DNA of 64,000 nucleotides, from the NCBI GenBank assembly GCA_000002435.2, contig CM018793.1. One strand, written 5' to 3'. The stretch is from Giardia intestinalis. Its lineage: Eukaryota. Position 1 is the stretch's first letter. Each line of letters starts with the position of its first letter. Under the pieces are notes generated by a model. The model worked only from the letters and a program-made list of their open reading frames with translations. It was not told the DNA's origin and did no database searches. This document shows positions 31,039-43,000 of the stretch, one piece after another. A program made the position numbers and the translations under genes.

Positions 31039-34000
31039 CTACGCTTTGCCCCGGCAGAGGAACCACCAGCAGAGGAAGCCGACGAGGCCCCCGACGACGA
31101 TGACAGCGGCCACAGCGATGCCAGCTATGGCGCCCGTGGAAAGGCCGCTCTTGTTGACGCTAGAAGATATGCACCTGTTCTGTCCGGCGACCGGGCCGTA
31201 TCCTCCCTCGCACTCGCACACCTTCTGGTTGGGGGCAGAGTTCGGCGGGCAATCTGCGGCACAGCTCTTCCCGTCGACCTGTATGTTGTGAGAACTGTCG
31301 GTGCATGCCGTGCAGGTCTGGTCGGCAGGGTTGCAGGTCTGGCAGCCCGCCGCACAGCCTGCGCTAGGATTCTGTTCGCACCTGTTCTGTCCGGCGACCG
31401 GGCCGTATCCTCCCTCGCACTCGCACACCTTCTGGTTGGGGGCAGAGTTCGGCGGGCAATCTGCGGCACAGCTCTTCCCGTCGACCTGTATGTTGTGAGA
31501 ACTGTCGGTGCATGCCGTGCAGGTCTGGTCGGCAGGGTTGCAGGTCTGGCAGCCCGCCGCACAGCCTGCGCTAGGATTCTGTTCGCACCTGTTCTGTCCG
31601 GCGACCGGGCCGTATCCTCCCTCGCACTCGCACACCTTCTGGTTGGGGGCAGAGTTCGGCGGGCAATCTGCGGCACAGCTCTTCCCGTCGACCTGTATGT
31701 TGTGAGAACTGTCGGTGCATGCCGTGCAGGTCTGGTCGGCAGGGTTGCAGGTCTGGCAGCCCGCCGCACAGCCTGCGCTAGGATTCTGTTCGCACCTGTT
31801 CTGTCCGGCGACCGGGCCGTATCCTCCCTCGCACTCGCACACCTTCTGGTTGGGGGCAGAGTTCGGCGGGCAATCTGCGGCACAGCTCTTCCCGTCGACC
31901 TGTATGTTGTGAGAACTGTCGGTGCATGCCGTGCAGGTCTGGTCGGCAGGGTTGCAGGTCTGGCAGCCCGCCGCACAGCCTGCGCTAGGATTCTGTTCGC
32001 ACCTGTTCTGTCCGGCGACCGGGCCGTATCCTCCCTCGCACTCGCACACCTTCTGGTTGGGGGCAGAGTTCGGCGGGCAATCTGCGGCACAGCTCTTCCC
32101 GTCGACCTGTATGTTGTGAGAACTGTCGGTGCATGCCGTGCAGGTCTGGTCGGCAGGGTTGCAGGTCTGGCAGCCCGCCGCACAGCCTGCGCTAGGATTC
32201 TGTTCGCACCTGTTCTGTCCGGCGACCGGGCCGTATCCTCCCTCGCACTCGCACACCTTCTGGTTGGGGGCAGAGTTCGGCGGGCAATCTGCGGCACAGC
32301 TCTTCCCGTCGACCTGTATGTTGTGAGAACTGTCGGTGCATGCCGTGCAGGTCTGGTCGGCAGGGTTGCAGGTCTGGCAGCCCGCCGCACAGCCTGCGCT
32401 AGGATTCTGTTCGCACCTGTTCTGTCCGGCGACCGGGCCGTATCCTCCCTCGCACTCGCACACCTTCTGGTTGGGGGCAGAGTTCGGCGGGCAATCTGCG
32501 GCACAGCTCTTCCCGTCGACCTGTATGTTGTGAGAACTGTCGGTGCATGCCGTGCAGGTCTGGTCGGCAGGGTTGCAGGTCTGGCAGCCCGCCGCACAGC
32601 CTGCGCTAGGATTCTGTTCGCACCTGTTCTGTCCGGCGACCGGGCCGTATCCTCCCTCGCACTCGCACACCTTCTGGTTGGGGGCAGAGTTCGGCGGGCA
32701 ATCTGCGGCACAGCTCTTCCCGTCGACCTGTATGTTGTGAGAACTGTCGGTGCATGCCGTGCAGGTCTGGTCGGCAGGGTTGCAGGTCTGGCAGCCCGCC
32801 GCACAGCCTGCGCTAGGATTCTGTTCGCACCTGTTCTGTCCGGCGACCGGGCCGTATCCTCCCTCGCACTCGCACACCTTCTGGTTGGGGGCAGAGTTCG
32901 GCGGGCAATCTGCGGCACAGCTCTTCCCGTCGACCTGTATGTTGTGAGAACTGTCGGTGCATGCCGTGCAGGTCTGGTCGGCAGGGTTGCAGGTCTGGCA
33001 GCCCGCCGCACAGCCTGCGCTAGGATTCTGTTCGCACCTGTTCTGTCCGGCGACCGGGCCGTATCCTCCCTCGCACTCGCACACCTTCTGGTTGGGGGCA
33101 GAGTTCGGCGGGCAATCTGCGGCACAGCTCTTCCCGTCGACCTGTATGTTGTGAGAACTGTCGGTGCATGCCGTGCAGGTCTGGTCGGCAGGGTTGCAGG
33201 TCTGGCAGCCCGCCGCACAGCCTGCGCTAGGATTCTGTTCGCACCTGTTCTGTCCGGCGACCGGGCCGTATCCTCCCTCGCACTCGCACACCTTCTGGTT
33301 GGGGGCAGAGTTCGGCGGGCAATCTGCGGCACAGCTCTTCCCGTCGACCTGTATGTTGTGAGAACTGTCGGTGCATGCCGTGCAGGTCTGGTCGGCAGGG
33401 TTGCAGGTCTGGCAGCCCGCCGCACAGCCTGCGCTAGGATTCTGTTCGCACCTGTTCTGTCCGGCGACCGGGCCGTATCCTCCCTCGCACTCGCACACCT
33501 TCTGGTTGGGGGCAGAGTTCGGCGGGCAATCTGCGGCACAGCTCTTCCCGTCGACCTGTATGTTGTGAGAACTGTCGGTGCATGCCGTGCAGGTCTGGTC
33601 GGCAGGGTTGCAGGTCTGGCAGCCCGCCGCACAGCCTGCGCTAGGATTCTGTTCGCACCTGTTCTGTCCGGCGACCGGGCCGTATCCTCCCTCGCACTCG
33701 CACACCTTCTGGTTGGGGGCAGAGTTCGGCGGGCAATCTGCGGCACAGCTCTTCCCGTCGACCTGTATGTTGTGAGAACTGTCGGTGCATGCCGTGCAGG
33801 TCTGGTCGGCAGGGTTGCAGGTCTGGCAGCCCGCCGCACAGCCTGCGCTAGGATTCTGTTCGCACCTGTTCTGTCCGGCGACCGGGCCGTATCCTCCCTC
33901 GCACTCGCACACCTTCTGGTTGGGGGCAGAGTTCGGCGGGCAATCTGCGGCACAGCTCTTCCCGTCGACCTGTATGTTGTGAGAACTGTCGGTGCATGCC

Positions 34001-35334
34001 GTGCAGGTCTGGTCGGCAGGGTTGCAGGTCTGGCAGCCCGCCGCACAGCCTGCGCTAGGATTCTGTTCGCACCTGTTCTGTCCGGCGACCGGGCCGTATC
34101 CTCCCTCGCACTCGCACACCTTCTGGTTGGGGGCAGAGTTCGGCGGGCAATCTGCGGCACAGCTCTTCCCGTCGACCTGTATGTTGTGAGAACTGTCGGT
34201 GCATGCCGTGCAGGTCTGGTCGGCAGGGTTGCAGGTCTGGCAGCCCGCCGCACAGCCTGCGCTAGGATTCTGTTCGCACCTGTTCTGTCCGGCGACCGGG
34301 CCGTATCCTCCCTCGCACTCGCACACCTTCTGGTTGGGGGCAGAGTTCGGCGGGCAATCTGCGGCACAGCTCTTCCCGTCGACCTGTATGTTGTGAGAAC
34401 TGTCGGTGCATGCCGTGCAGGTCTGGTCGGCAGGGTTGCAGGTCTGGCAGCCCGCCGCACAGCCTGCGCTAGGATTCTGTTCGCACCTGTTCTGTCCGGC
34501 GACCGGGCCGTATCCTCCCTCGCACTCGCACACCTTCTGGTTGGGGGCAGAGTTCGGCGGGCAATCTGCGGCACAGCTCTTCCCGTCGACCTGTATGTTG
34601 TGAGAACTGTCGGTGCATGCCGTGCAGGTCTGGTCGGCAGGGTTGCAGGTCTGGCAGCCCGCCGCACAGCCTGCGCTAGGATTCTGTTCGCACCTGTTCT
34701 GTCCGGCGACCGGGCCGTATCCTCCCTCGCACTCGCACACCTTCTGGTTGGGGGCAGAGTTCGGCGGGCAATCTGCGGCACAGCTCTTCCCGTCGACCTG
34801 TATGTTGTGAGAACTGTCGGTGCATGCCGTGCAGGTCTGGTCGGCAGGGTTGCAGGTCTGGCAGCCCGCCGCACAGCCTGCGCTAGGATTCTGTTCGCAC
34901 CTGTTCTGTCCGGCGACCGGGCCGTATCCTCCCTCGCACTCGCACACCTTCTGGTTGGGGGCAGAGTTCGGCGGGCAATCTGCGGCACAGCTCTTCCCGT
35001 CGACCTGTATGTTGTGAGAACTGTCGGTGCATGCCGTGCAGGTCTGGTCGGCAGGGTTGCAGGTCTGGCAGCCCGCCGCACAGCCTGCGCTAGGATTCTG
35101 TTCGCACCTGTTCTGTCCGGCGACCGGGCCGTATCCTCCCTCGCACTCGCACACCTTCTGGTTGGGGGCAGAGTTCGGCGGGCAATCTGCGGCACAGCTC
35201 TTCCCGTCGACCTGTATGTTGTGAGAACTGTCGGTGCATGCCGTGCAGGTCTGGTCGGCAGGGTTGCAGGTCTGGCAGCCCGCCGCACAGCTTGCCTGTG
35301 TTACCGCACAAACTAGGAGAAATCCTACCAACAT
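31039..35334 (-). CDS. Variant-specific surface protein (VSP) with about 20 identical tandem 69-aa Cys-rich repeats
   Basis: N-terminal signal peptide MLVGFLLVCAVTQAS; body rich in CXXC motifs (CQTC, CTAC); C-terminal TM helix GAIAGIAVAAVIVVGGLVGFLCWWFL followed by the VSP-defining CRGKA and a stop; VSP extended poly(A) element immediately downstream. Confidence 0.9.
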   Translation of the reverse strand: MLVGFLLVCAVTQASCAAGCQTCNPADQTCTACTDSSHNIQVDGKSCAADCPPNSAPNQKVCECEGGYGPVAGQNRCEQNPSAGCAAGCQTCNPADQTCTACTDSSHNIQVDGKSCAADCPPNSAPNQKVCECEGGYGPVAGQNRCEQNPSAGCAAGCQTCNPADQTCTACTDSSHNIQVDGKSCAADCPPNSAPNQKVCECEGGYGPVAGQNRCEQNPSAGCAAGCQTCNPADQTCTACTDSSHNIQVDGKSCAADCPPNSAPNQKVCECEGGYGPVAGQNRCEQNPSAGCAAGCQTCNPADQTCTACTDSSHNIQVDGKSCAADCPPNSAPNQKVCECEGGYGPVAGQNRCEQNPSAGCAAGCQTCNPADQTCTACTDSSHNIQVDGKSCAADCPPNSAPNQKVCECEGGYGPVAGQNRCEQNPSAGCAAGCQTCNPADQTCTACTDSSHNIQVDGKSCAADCPPNSAPNQKVCECEGGYGPVAGQNRCEQNPSAGCAAGCQTCNPADQTCTACTDSSHNIQVDGKSCAADCPPNSAPNQKVCECEGGYGPVAGQNRCEQNPSAGCAAGCQTCNPADQTCTACTDSSHNIQVDGKSCAADCPPNSAPNQKVCECEGGYGPVAGQNRCEQNPSAGCAAGCQTCNPADQTCTACTDSSHNIQVDGKSCAADCPPNSAPNQKVCECEGGYGPVAGQNRCEQNPSAGCAAGCQTCNPADQTCTACTDSSHNIQVDGKSCAADCPPNSAPNQKVCECEGGYGPVAGQNRCEQNPSAGCAAGCQTCNPADQTCTACTDSSHNIQVDGKSCAADCPPNSAPNQKVCECEGGYGPVAGQNRCEQNPSAGCAAGCQTCNPADQTCTACTDSSHNIQVDGKSCAADCPPNSAPNQKVCECEGGYGPVAGQNRCEQNPSAGCAAGCQTCNPADQTCTACTDSSHNIQVDGKSCAADCPPNSAPNQKVCECEGGYGPVAGQNRCEQNPSAGCAAGCQTCNPADQTCTACTDSSHNIQVDGKSCAADCPPNSAPNQKVCECEGGYGPVAGQNRCEQNPSAGCAAGCQTCNPADQTCTACTDSSHNIQVDGKSCAADCPPNSAPNQKVCECEGGYGPVAGQNRCEQNPSAGCAAGCQTCNPADQTCTACTDSSHNIQVDGKSCAADCPPNSAPNQKVCECEGGYGPVAGQNRCEQNPSAGCAAGCQTCNPADQTCTACTDSSHNIQVDGKSCAADCPPNSAPNQKVCECEGGYGPVAGQNRCEQNPSAGCAAGCQTCNPADQTCTACTDSSHNIQVDGKSCAADCPPNSAPNQKVCECEGGYGPVAGQNRCEQNPSAGCAAGCQTCNPADQTCTACTDSSHNIQVDGKSCAADCPPNSAPNQKVCECEGGYGPVAGQNRCISSSVNKSGLSTGAIAGIAVAAVIVVGGLVGFLCWWFLCRGKA
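31171..35289. repeat. Tandem array of about 19.9 copies of a 207-bp unit (coding repeat of the VSP gene)
   Basis: The ORF track shows identical 65-aa antisense ORFs recurring every 207 bp (31301, 31508, ... 35234). The unit encodes CAAGCQTCNPADQTCTACTDSSHNIQVDGKSCAADCPPNSAPNQKVCECEGGYGPVAGQNRCEQNPSAG. Copies look nucleotide-identical by inspection. Confidence 0.9.
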
Positions 35335-35889
35335 TAGCCGGATTCATATGCCACTGCCCTTCCGTCAGGCCGGTGTGTTGCCGCGAGCAGTGAGAGACAG
35401 CCGCTCTTGCTCTCTTGATCGGTTGGACTGGAGAAGGACAAGATAGGAGCACATCCATCGGAGGCCAACTGATAGCGCAGTTCTCCCTGGCTTCAGTAGG
35501 AACAGAACCAGTGAGGACCAGACTCAGATCGCACCTCTCTTGTGGAATGATTGGTCGGGGTGCACTCCTGTACATTGCTGTGGAGTATTCGTTGGCTCCC
35601 TCTGCGGGGGCTGGTGTCTTGGTAGTAAACGCATCATCGGTAGATTCCGGTGATGCCTAGTTATTGATTTTGGGGGCAGACGTCTGTTGTCTTATCTGCC
35701 CCAGTGTTTCTGTGCGTTTGGTGGGATGAGTACTAGCACGTGCTGTGGCCGCAGGTAGGACGAGGGGTGCGTAAGCAACACTGTGATGCCTGGCTCAGAA
35801 ACTGATGAAACTACTAATGCGTACACTCAGCACATATAATTATTCGCCACATTGGCAATTACCAGGGGGAGTGCGCCAAATGGGCAAAT

Positions 35890-37038
35890 TTGGTTGGAAC
35901 AAAAAACCGCTGCTTAATGTCCAGAAAATCACCCAGCACAGCTCAGAAGAGCACGCTGAAGCATCGTCATCCCCTCAAATTGAAGTCACTTCCTCGATGG
36001 CTTTCCATACTGCTTGTTGTAATTTATGTCGTTACAGGGATCTTTCAGCCAATTGTCCTAGACTCAATTAGTCGGATGGGTGGAGCCGAGAAGCAGGCTT
36101 TTCTTTTTCCTATCCCTAACTCCATGGGAATGGCCTTACTTATGGCTATTCCTACACGCAAGTCTCACTACTCACGTCGAGCCTCTCTCTATAAGTTTCC
36201 CAAAGAGATAATTGTAATGACTCTGATAGATGTCAGTGCAACGACTCTCACGCTCTTCGGCCAGCTGATGATTGGCTCGGGTCTATATATTATTGTCTAC
36301 TCCTCCCTCACTATTTGGTCAGCTATTGGGTCTTTGTTACTCTTGAAGAGACACTTCACGTGGCCTATGTGGATGGGTGTTGTGGTTGTTACTATTGGAC
36401 TGATGATATCTGGAGTGGGCGCTTTCACCACGTTCGGCCTGTCAACGCTAATTGGAATGGCTGTCACTTTGGTGGGGACCATTCTGCACTCTGGTGTTTA
36501 CTGGGTATCCGAATACTTTTGTCTTCATAAGGAGTACCCAATTCACTCCACTTTCTTGGCCGGCTACATGGGAATCTTTGGGGTTGCAATTTTCCTTTCT
36601 TATGTCACAGGATACACAATTCCTCGGTGGGAGGCACTATTTGTCCAGCCAATGGAAGCTGGTGGTGGATCATACTGGAAAATATTTAGCACCTACCTCC
36701 TATTAATCCTGATTGACTGGGCTCACCTATACGCCCAATTCACAGCTGTCGTGGCTGTAGGCTCCGTGATAGTTGGGATCAACAAGGCAATTAGCTCCAT
36801 CGGTGTCTTCGTTCTTAGTCACTTTCTATTTTGTGAAGTAGATAGTTCTGAGTGCATAGATCTATTTAAAATCCTATCCTTATGCTTCGTTATATCTGGA
36901 GTCATCATATATACTACTGCTTATCATTATTATAAGAAGAAACAGAACCGACTGCAGGGAAGTCAGAAGAGTCCGCAGGAAGATACATCAATTGATCAGT
37001 TGCCAAGTAGTGAAACGCCCCCGCTTAGTTTAGAGTAA
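35890..37038 (+). CDS. Polytopic membrane protein, DMT-superfamily / SLC35 nucleotide-sugar-transporter-like
   Basis: About 10 predicted hydrophobic helices in two halves, a charged N-terminal extension and a hydrophilic C-terminal tail; the architecture resembles EamA/TPT-type transporters. Family assignment is by eye only. Confidence 0.55.
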   Translation: MVGTKNRCLMSRKSPSTAQKSTLKHRHPLKLKSLPRWLSILLVVIYVVTGIFQPIVLDSISRMGGAEKQAFLFPIPNSMGMALLMAIPTRKSHYSRRASLYKFPKEIIVMTLIDVSATTLTLFGQLMIGSGLYIIVYSSLTIWSAIGSLLLLKRHFTWPMWMGVVVVTIGLMISGVGAFTTFGLSTLIGMAVTLVGTILHSGVYWVSEYFCLHKEYPIHSTFLAGYMGIFGVAIFLSYVTGYTIPRWEALFVQPMEAGGGSYWKIFSTYLLLILIDWAHLYAQFTAVVAVGSVIVGINKAISSIGVFVLSHFLFCEVDSSECIDLFKILSLCFVISGVIIYTTAYHYYKKKQNRLQGSQKSPQEDTSIDQLPSSETPPLSLE

Positions 37039-40000
37039 TTCTAACTGGAAGGATAGCGGTTTTTTCAAACGATCCACAGGTCAGTTTAAAGCTTATGTAG
37101 CCTTCCATAGTTAAGGACAAGGCACCAGAGAACGCAAGCTTTGGAACAGAAAGGGTCATTTTTGCCATCTTTCCCGCCTGGACAGTTCCACTAGCCGGGG
37201 AGATAACGAGATCTAAAAGTTGGGGAGAAGTCGAAATGTGCTTAAACTCGGCCTGGGGCTGTTCTATTGCACACCCACAATATATTTTTGTACTGCCTTG
37301 GAGCGGTACAGTGACCACTGGTCCAATAAAGTACATGGAAACAGGGTGTCGCGAAGCAAAGCACCTACATATAACCAGCTTCTTTGCATCTCCAGAAACA
37401 ATCTCTGTTACGGCCAAGCTTCCATTGGCTTCTGTTACCCCAAACACCCCTATAAGTATTTTGGTCATAATGCTACTTCCTTTAGGCACTACACCTTCAG
37501 ATGCAATAGCGGTTTGCGATATGTTTTCAGAACACTCGTGATATTTCACGTTGTATTTAAAGTCATACTTGTTTTCATTACTGAGAGTCAGTGCAATTAA
37601 ATGCGTATAGGTCTCTGAAGTGTCAACAATTAGTATCGGCGGGGACTCAGTGTAAATGACGTCTGACTGAGAGGCAGTGTAGATATCTGGAAGCGGAAAA
37701 TCTGTTTGTACTAAAGAGCTGGAGCTATCTAAAGTTACAGCCAGGGTAACCTTAACACCATAGCCCTTTAGCTTGAGGATAACATTGTTAAGTCGTTGAC
37801 TTGTGAGCAGAGAACTTGATGACAATTCTATGGTTTCTTCAGTGTACCCCACTCGCCTTGGAGAATACTCGAAGTGGAGTGTGAGGGGCTTCTGTGCTGT
37901 CATAGAGGCTTCTTCAAGGCAGCTTGTTAATATAATATCCGAATCAAAGGCCTCTTCCAGCTGGCGTCTGAATTGAAAATGGTCTCCATAATATTGTTCG
38001 CGATCATAGAATGGAAGAGACTCATTCAGCGATATGACTGCACTTCGGTTTGACACACAACCCAAAGGAACATATCCAAAATTGAGCGTTATGAGGGATT
38101 GATTGTGAGCTAAAATAGTAGGAAGCTTAAGGGCCTCTTGACGCAGCAAGTTAGCTACGTATTTTGATTCAGCTAGCGCAGGCATCTGTTTTGTTATAGG
38201 ATCTTCTGGAATACCTTGTGTTACAACCTGCAATGATCCACCGTTAGCCGTTAATAGTGCAGACGAAGTAGTGCCCTCGGTTGAGTTGAGATCCTCCTTG
38301 AAGGTGAGAGGCGGAATAAGTATTGCATCATCAGGAGCTACATCAAGTTCGTCGCAAAGCCTATTTGGCACGGGTGCTATCACAATAATAGGACGGGCGA
38401 TTAGCAAATTCAACGGGCAAACCAAAAAGGGAGACGCAGCATCTTCTGTCATAATTGGTATGTTAATGGTCAAATGCTGGTCGACAAAGATCTGTTTTTT
38501 CGATTGTACCATTTCATTGGAATCCAGCTTCTTCTGCTTACCTTCTTCCGTATTCACTAGGTCTGTGGTAGTGGGATCATTTTCAACAGAGACATCAGAA
38601 TCGCTCAGAATGGAGCTATTGTCAGGGAGAAGAACAGAGGGGTCCAAATGGCGTCTCTGGATATAAAGGAATTGATTTTTCTTTGTCAGATAATTGATAA
38701 TGTCAGTGGTAGAAGACGTGCCAAGAACTGCCGATGTGTTTGGACTAGGCTCGGCTGTATAAGTTTCAAGGGCATTATGAGAAGGACTAACTGCAGTGGC
38801 AGATATAGGTCTGGATGTCTGGCTCAGATCAAGCAAATCCTTGAGCGCTTCATCTGCATGCTGATCATCTAGAAAAGAAAGTAGTCGGACCAAGAGGGAG
38901 GCAGATGTATTAATTGTTACTGACATTCTATAAATAGATTGTGCAGCGACTACTCCAGCAGTAGGCTTAATACTTAGAAACCCATTAAAGTTAGTCTCCA
39001 TGAACTGAAGAAATGCCGGAGATATAGACCATTTTTTGGGCATGTTAACCGTTGAGCGCAGATAAATTTGCTCTACTCGAAGAATATCTGTAACACTCAT
39101 TCTAAATATATCCATGCTGCTTTGGCAAAGGAGTGAGGGCTGCATAGAAGTAGCACAGATAGTGAAGTTCTTGATGTATCCAAACTCCGACTCAATCGAG
39201 CATTTCACTTGAAACTTCTTTGCATTATTGGGCAAGATCCCCAAGTGCATGCGGACTTCTTGGCCAGGATAGAGAAGAATCGTGCCATTATCTGGCCCTG
39301 CTAATAAAGAGACATCTGGAACAGGTTTAGTCAAAAGCGCAACATGCTGCGGCAATGCACTGCTATTCCGTACGATGACAGGGACATTCGTCACATGCCA
39401 CAATGCTATTTCACCCAAATTAACTGATGACCGGTCCTGAAGGTCTAAGGTGTCATTAATCGTTAGATATCCTTCTGTTAATGTACGATTGGCTCGCGTG
39501 GCTAATGTCCCCACAGTACGCATTGTACGAACAGTTTTTGTAACCTGTGAAAGAACACTAGACTTGGCACGTATAGAGGCTGACTCCTCACTCGCAGATG
39601 GGTGGGTATAAGGAAGCTTGACAAGAAGCTCCGAGCTGGTGAAGCAGGTGCTTAACCGAACAAGAATCGGTTCGGGCTGACCAGATACTCTGATTAGTAT
39701 ATTAAATGAACAACTAATATACCCACCTACAGAACTCAAGTTCCGTAACTCTGCTTTTGCGTTAGCTACTCTTCCTTGCAGCAAGGGCAAATCTTGGTCT
39801 CTAATGGTTTGTAGGTTTGATGATAGCTGATCACACTCGAGGGTTAACCTTTGAAATTCTTCTTGACTGGATGTAGAGCTTGTGGTCTTGCTCTTGCTAG
39901 GCGTCTTTTTTTCTACTGCCTTTGCCAGCTCTTTAGCCCTTCCAGAACCTAATGTAGACGAGGGTTTAGAATCATCTGCGTCTCGAAGTGCATCTTCCAC

Positions 40001-43000
40001 CGCTTGCTTCTTTTGCAGCAGAGTTGCCAATTTGGTCTCCAGCTCCTGCTGATAGTTCAATAGCGAATCTAGCTCCTGTAATTGCTGCTTCAGTTGCTCA
40101 TTGAGAGCTCTAACATCATCCCCCAAGACTACAGATGGAAGGGTAGGGGCATATTGGTCGACTCCGGAGATGAAAATATCTGCCCACGATTCTAAGGGGC
40201 ACTTGGTGGCAGGCGGTCTACGGTTTTCCTTGATTGTGTATTCTAGATCAGTGTAGTCGACCAGTTCTTGGTACTGCTCTACCTGATTAAGAATCCTCAT
40301 CAATTCAGCCTTACTTTCGCATAGTAAGCTGACCTTTATATGAAGATCCCCCGTTGTCTTGCAGATAATTGTTTCGGAGACGTTGGAGGAGCAAATGGTT
40401 TTCATGAGAGTTGGTACAAAGACAGTTATTGGTCTACTATTGTTGTCAACAGACCGCAGCCTTATCTCAGAGCTGTATGTTGAATTGTAAAAACAAGTCA
40501 GGTAATCTATACTGCTGCTTAAAGCATACACTCCTGATTGGAGGGTGTATGCATTTACAAGCAAAGTGTTGGTAAATTCGCCACTACTTTGCAAGACAGC
40601 ATAATCATCGTCGGACTTGTCCAAGCAAGGAAAGATAGGTTTAACGGTTAGGTTAAGTTTTAGTATCATGTCTAAGAGAAAGCGAAGCGGAGAATGCACG
40701 ACAGGAAGGGCCACAATAGACATCGGGGGAAGAACTATAGACAGTTCTATATTACTGTGCACCGTATACTCAAGCAAATCGTTAGCTACGTTATATGCTT
40801 GGGCCCACGCAGTCATGTCTGTCTCTGTCTTCTCCTTCACGCGCCTGTCTAGCTCTGACTTAAAGAACACGGGATCCAGTAGTGTGTTGCTGGCAGTATC
40901 CTCTTTAGAGCTCTGCTGGTCGTTCGTGGTGAGAACATCCTTTGTACCTCGAGTACTGGGCGGCCTTCCTCCTCCTTTATTTGTTGATGAATTCGCTGTG
41001 CCTCCGTTCCCTTTTTGGAGAGCTACTGGCTGCTCTAGGCTTTTTTCGTAAGCCCTGCGCTCATCCTCTAGTTGTGCAGTAATTGCTTGCAAATTCTCAG
41101 AAAGAATATCCTTCAGCTTTTCTTTCTTAAGGCGAGCAAAGTATGGCTCGAAATGAAATGCCTTTCCTTCATAAAATGCCAAGAACGGAGTTCCAATTTG
41201 AAGTAGAGGAGCAGTCCTGGCTGACTCGTTGTGTCCCGTCACTGAAATATTGGATAGGGCTTCTACCATCAATTCTGTGCTGAGCTCTTCCGGTTGAGGC
41301 CCTAACTCAGTGATTGCCACGTCAATAGCATCATCACGTGTAATGTTCGGTACCACTGTAGTATCGTTATCTGTAGAGTGTGTCTGCTTTTGCTGAATAA
41401 GGCCTGCTTTTGGTGATCGTTGTCTAGCAACAAGAGACTTCGCAGCCGGTGGATTTACCTCCGCCGGTGTATTACTGGCAAGGATCTCCTCAACCCTTTT
41501 ATTCAGTGCAGAAACATATGCTTCCACTTCTCGATGCCGAGTTTCAACTTCGTCTGTTGAGTATAGCTTAGAGGGGATTCGTGGAGATGTCGATCTGGTT
41601 GCTTGTTGCATGTATGAGTACACCGTGTCTATAGAAACACTGGTAGATCTAAAGGTTTGGGGAATTGTGCGGTCAAGTAGCATTCCTTTTCTTCTCGACA
41701 TAGATCCTCGCAAAGTAGATGGGGACGACGACTGGGCGTCGAAAGTGAGGTGCATCTGTTCGCTGAGCTGCTTCTCCATAGAAAAGGGTCTAGATGTAGA
41801 ATGCGCCTTCACGTTATCATTTGCAATTTGCTGTATTTCAGTTAAGCTACCGGTTAATATGGTTTGTGGTACTGGGATACCAAGCAGACTGCTGTGAAGA
41901 GCACATGCATCCAATCTTATCCTTACTAGTGCAGGCAACGCACCACTATTGGACAGATAAAATGCCTCCTGTGAGACTCCGTGTGGAGGCGTTGCCAACG
42001 TGATAAGCTCTCTCCCACCATCTTTATTTAATGCTAGAGACGACAAGTTCATAGTTTGTGACAAGGTAGCGCCTAGATCTGAAATAATTGCTCCATTGAT
42101 ATTTGTATGGATGAGCGTGGCCTTTGTTGCCAGGGTTTCTGGAGAAGAATTACGTAAAGAAATGGAAATCTCATATACTTTTCTCACTAATTCAAGATTT
42201 TTTAAGATAAGAATTGCTATTTGGCGCGGATAACAGGTAATCGGAACGTGAAGCTCTCCAGTTTGGTATTTTATGGTGAGGGAAGTGTCTATAACAGTTA
42301 AGCACGCTTTTTCATTTAGTGGAGGCGTAAATATGATCGTTACTGATGTCTTTGCTCCAGAGGCCATAAATCCACTGGGTGTATATGTAAACTTTAGCAA
42401 ATGAAGAACTTGTGGTTCTGGCTCAAGAACTTTAAATGCAGCAAGCCCTGCTGATACGTTAGTCACTTGGATTACAAACGACTTAGACTGCCCAGGGGCG
42501 TAGTCAAAAAAGATAACCGCCGAGGGATGGCAGAGAAATGCTGAAGAGCTACTAAGGTGTGATGACATCACTGTCTGCGTTTGAATAGCACAAGGCATGT
42601 CCAATGTTTTCAGCTTCCTAAGATGGGACGACGCTAACTTCTTGGCACCTAGTCGTTCGGACGCCTGACTAGATACGATAGGTTTAGCGACCGGCAACTT
42701 CTGAGTATTTGTTTTGTCTCTTTTCGTGGTTGAGAAGCTTTCCGGTGGTGGGGGCGGGGCATGGTCGTAGGCCAGGGCTACCTCGTTATCATCGTCACTG
42801 CTCGGCCATGCATCAAAGTCTATCTCCCTGACCTCCTTCTTTGCATCTGCTCCTTTCCCACGAGCTGGCACTTGGGTAGGTGAAGGTCGTCGCTGCTCTT
42901 TGGAGGAAGTACGTGTAGCCTCTTGTAAATCAGCAGCAACTTGGGTCGTTGTATTTGCCGGTGTTGTGTTTTTTGGAAGCATATCGTAAAAGGGGTCCTT

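Noticed and set aside
31125-35288. Alternative 1387-aa minus-strand ORF through the repeat array (Arg/Ala/Pro/Thr-rich)
   Set aside because: It is an out-of-frame reading of the same repeats with low-complexity composition. Only the 31039..35334 frame has the signal peptide, CXXC motifs, TM helix and CRGKA.
31171-35289. Tandem repeat array as a possible CRISPR array or prokaryotic defence locus
   Set aside because: The units are 207 bp, identical and contiguous with no unique spacers. They are in-frame coding repeats of a eukaryotic surface protein. The whole window is eukaryotic (Giardia-like) and no cas-like or other prokaryotic defence genes are present.
30472-35316. 1614-aa plus-strand ORF and the ladder of identical 65-aa plus-strand ORFs every 207 bp
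   Set aside because: They are antisense read-through of the VSP tandem repeats. Their repetitive Ala/Arg/Gly/Leu-rich sequence has no signal peptide, TM/CRGKA or poly(A) element. The minus-strand frame carries all the VSP hallmarks.
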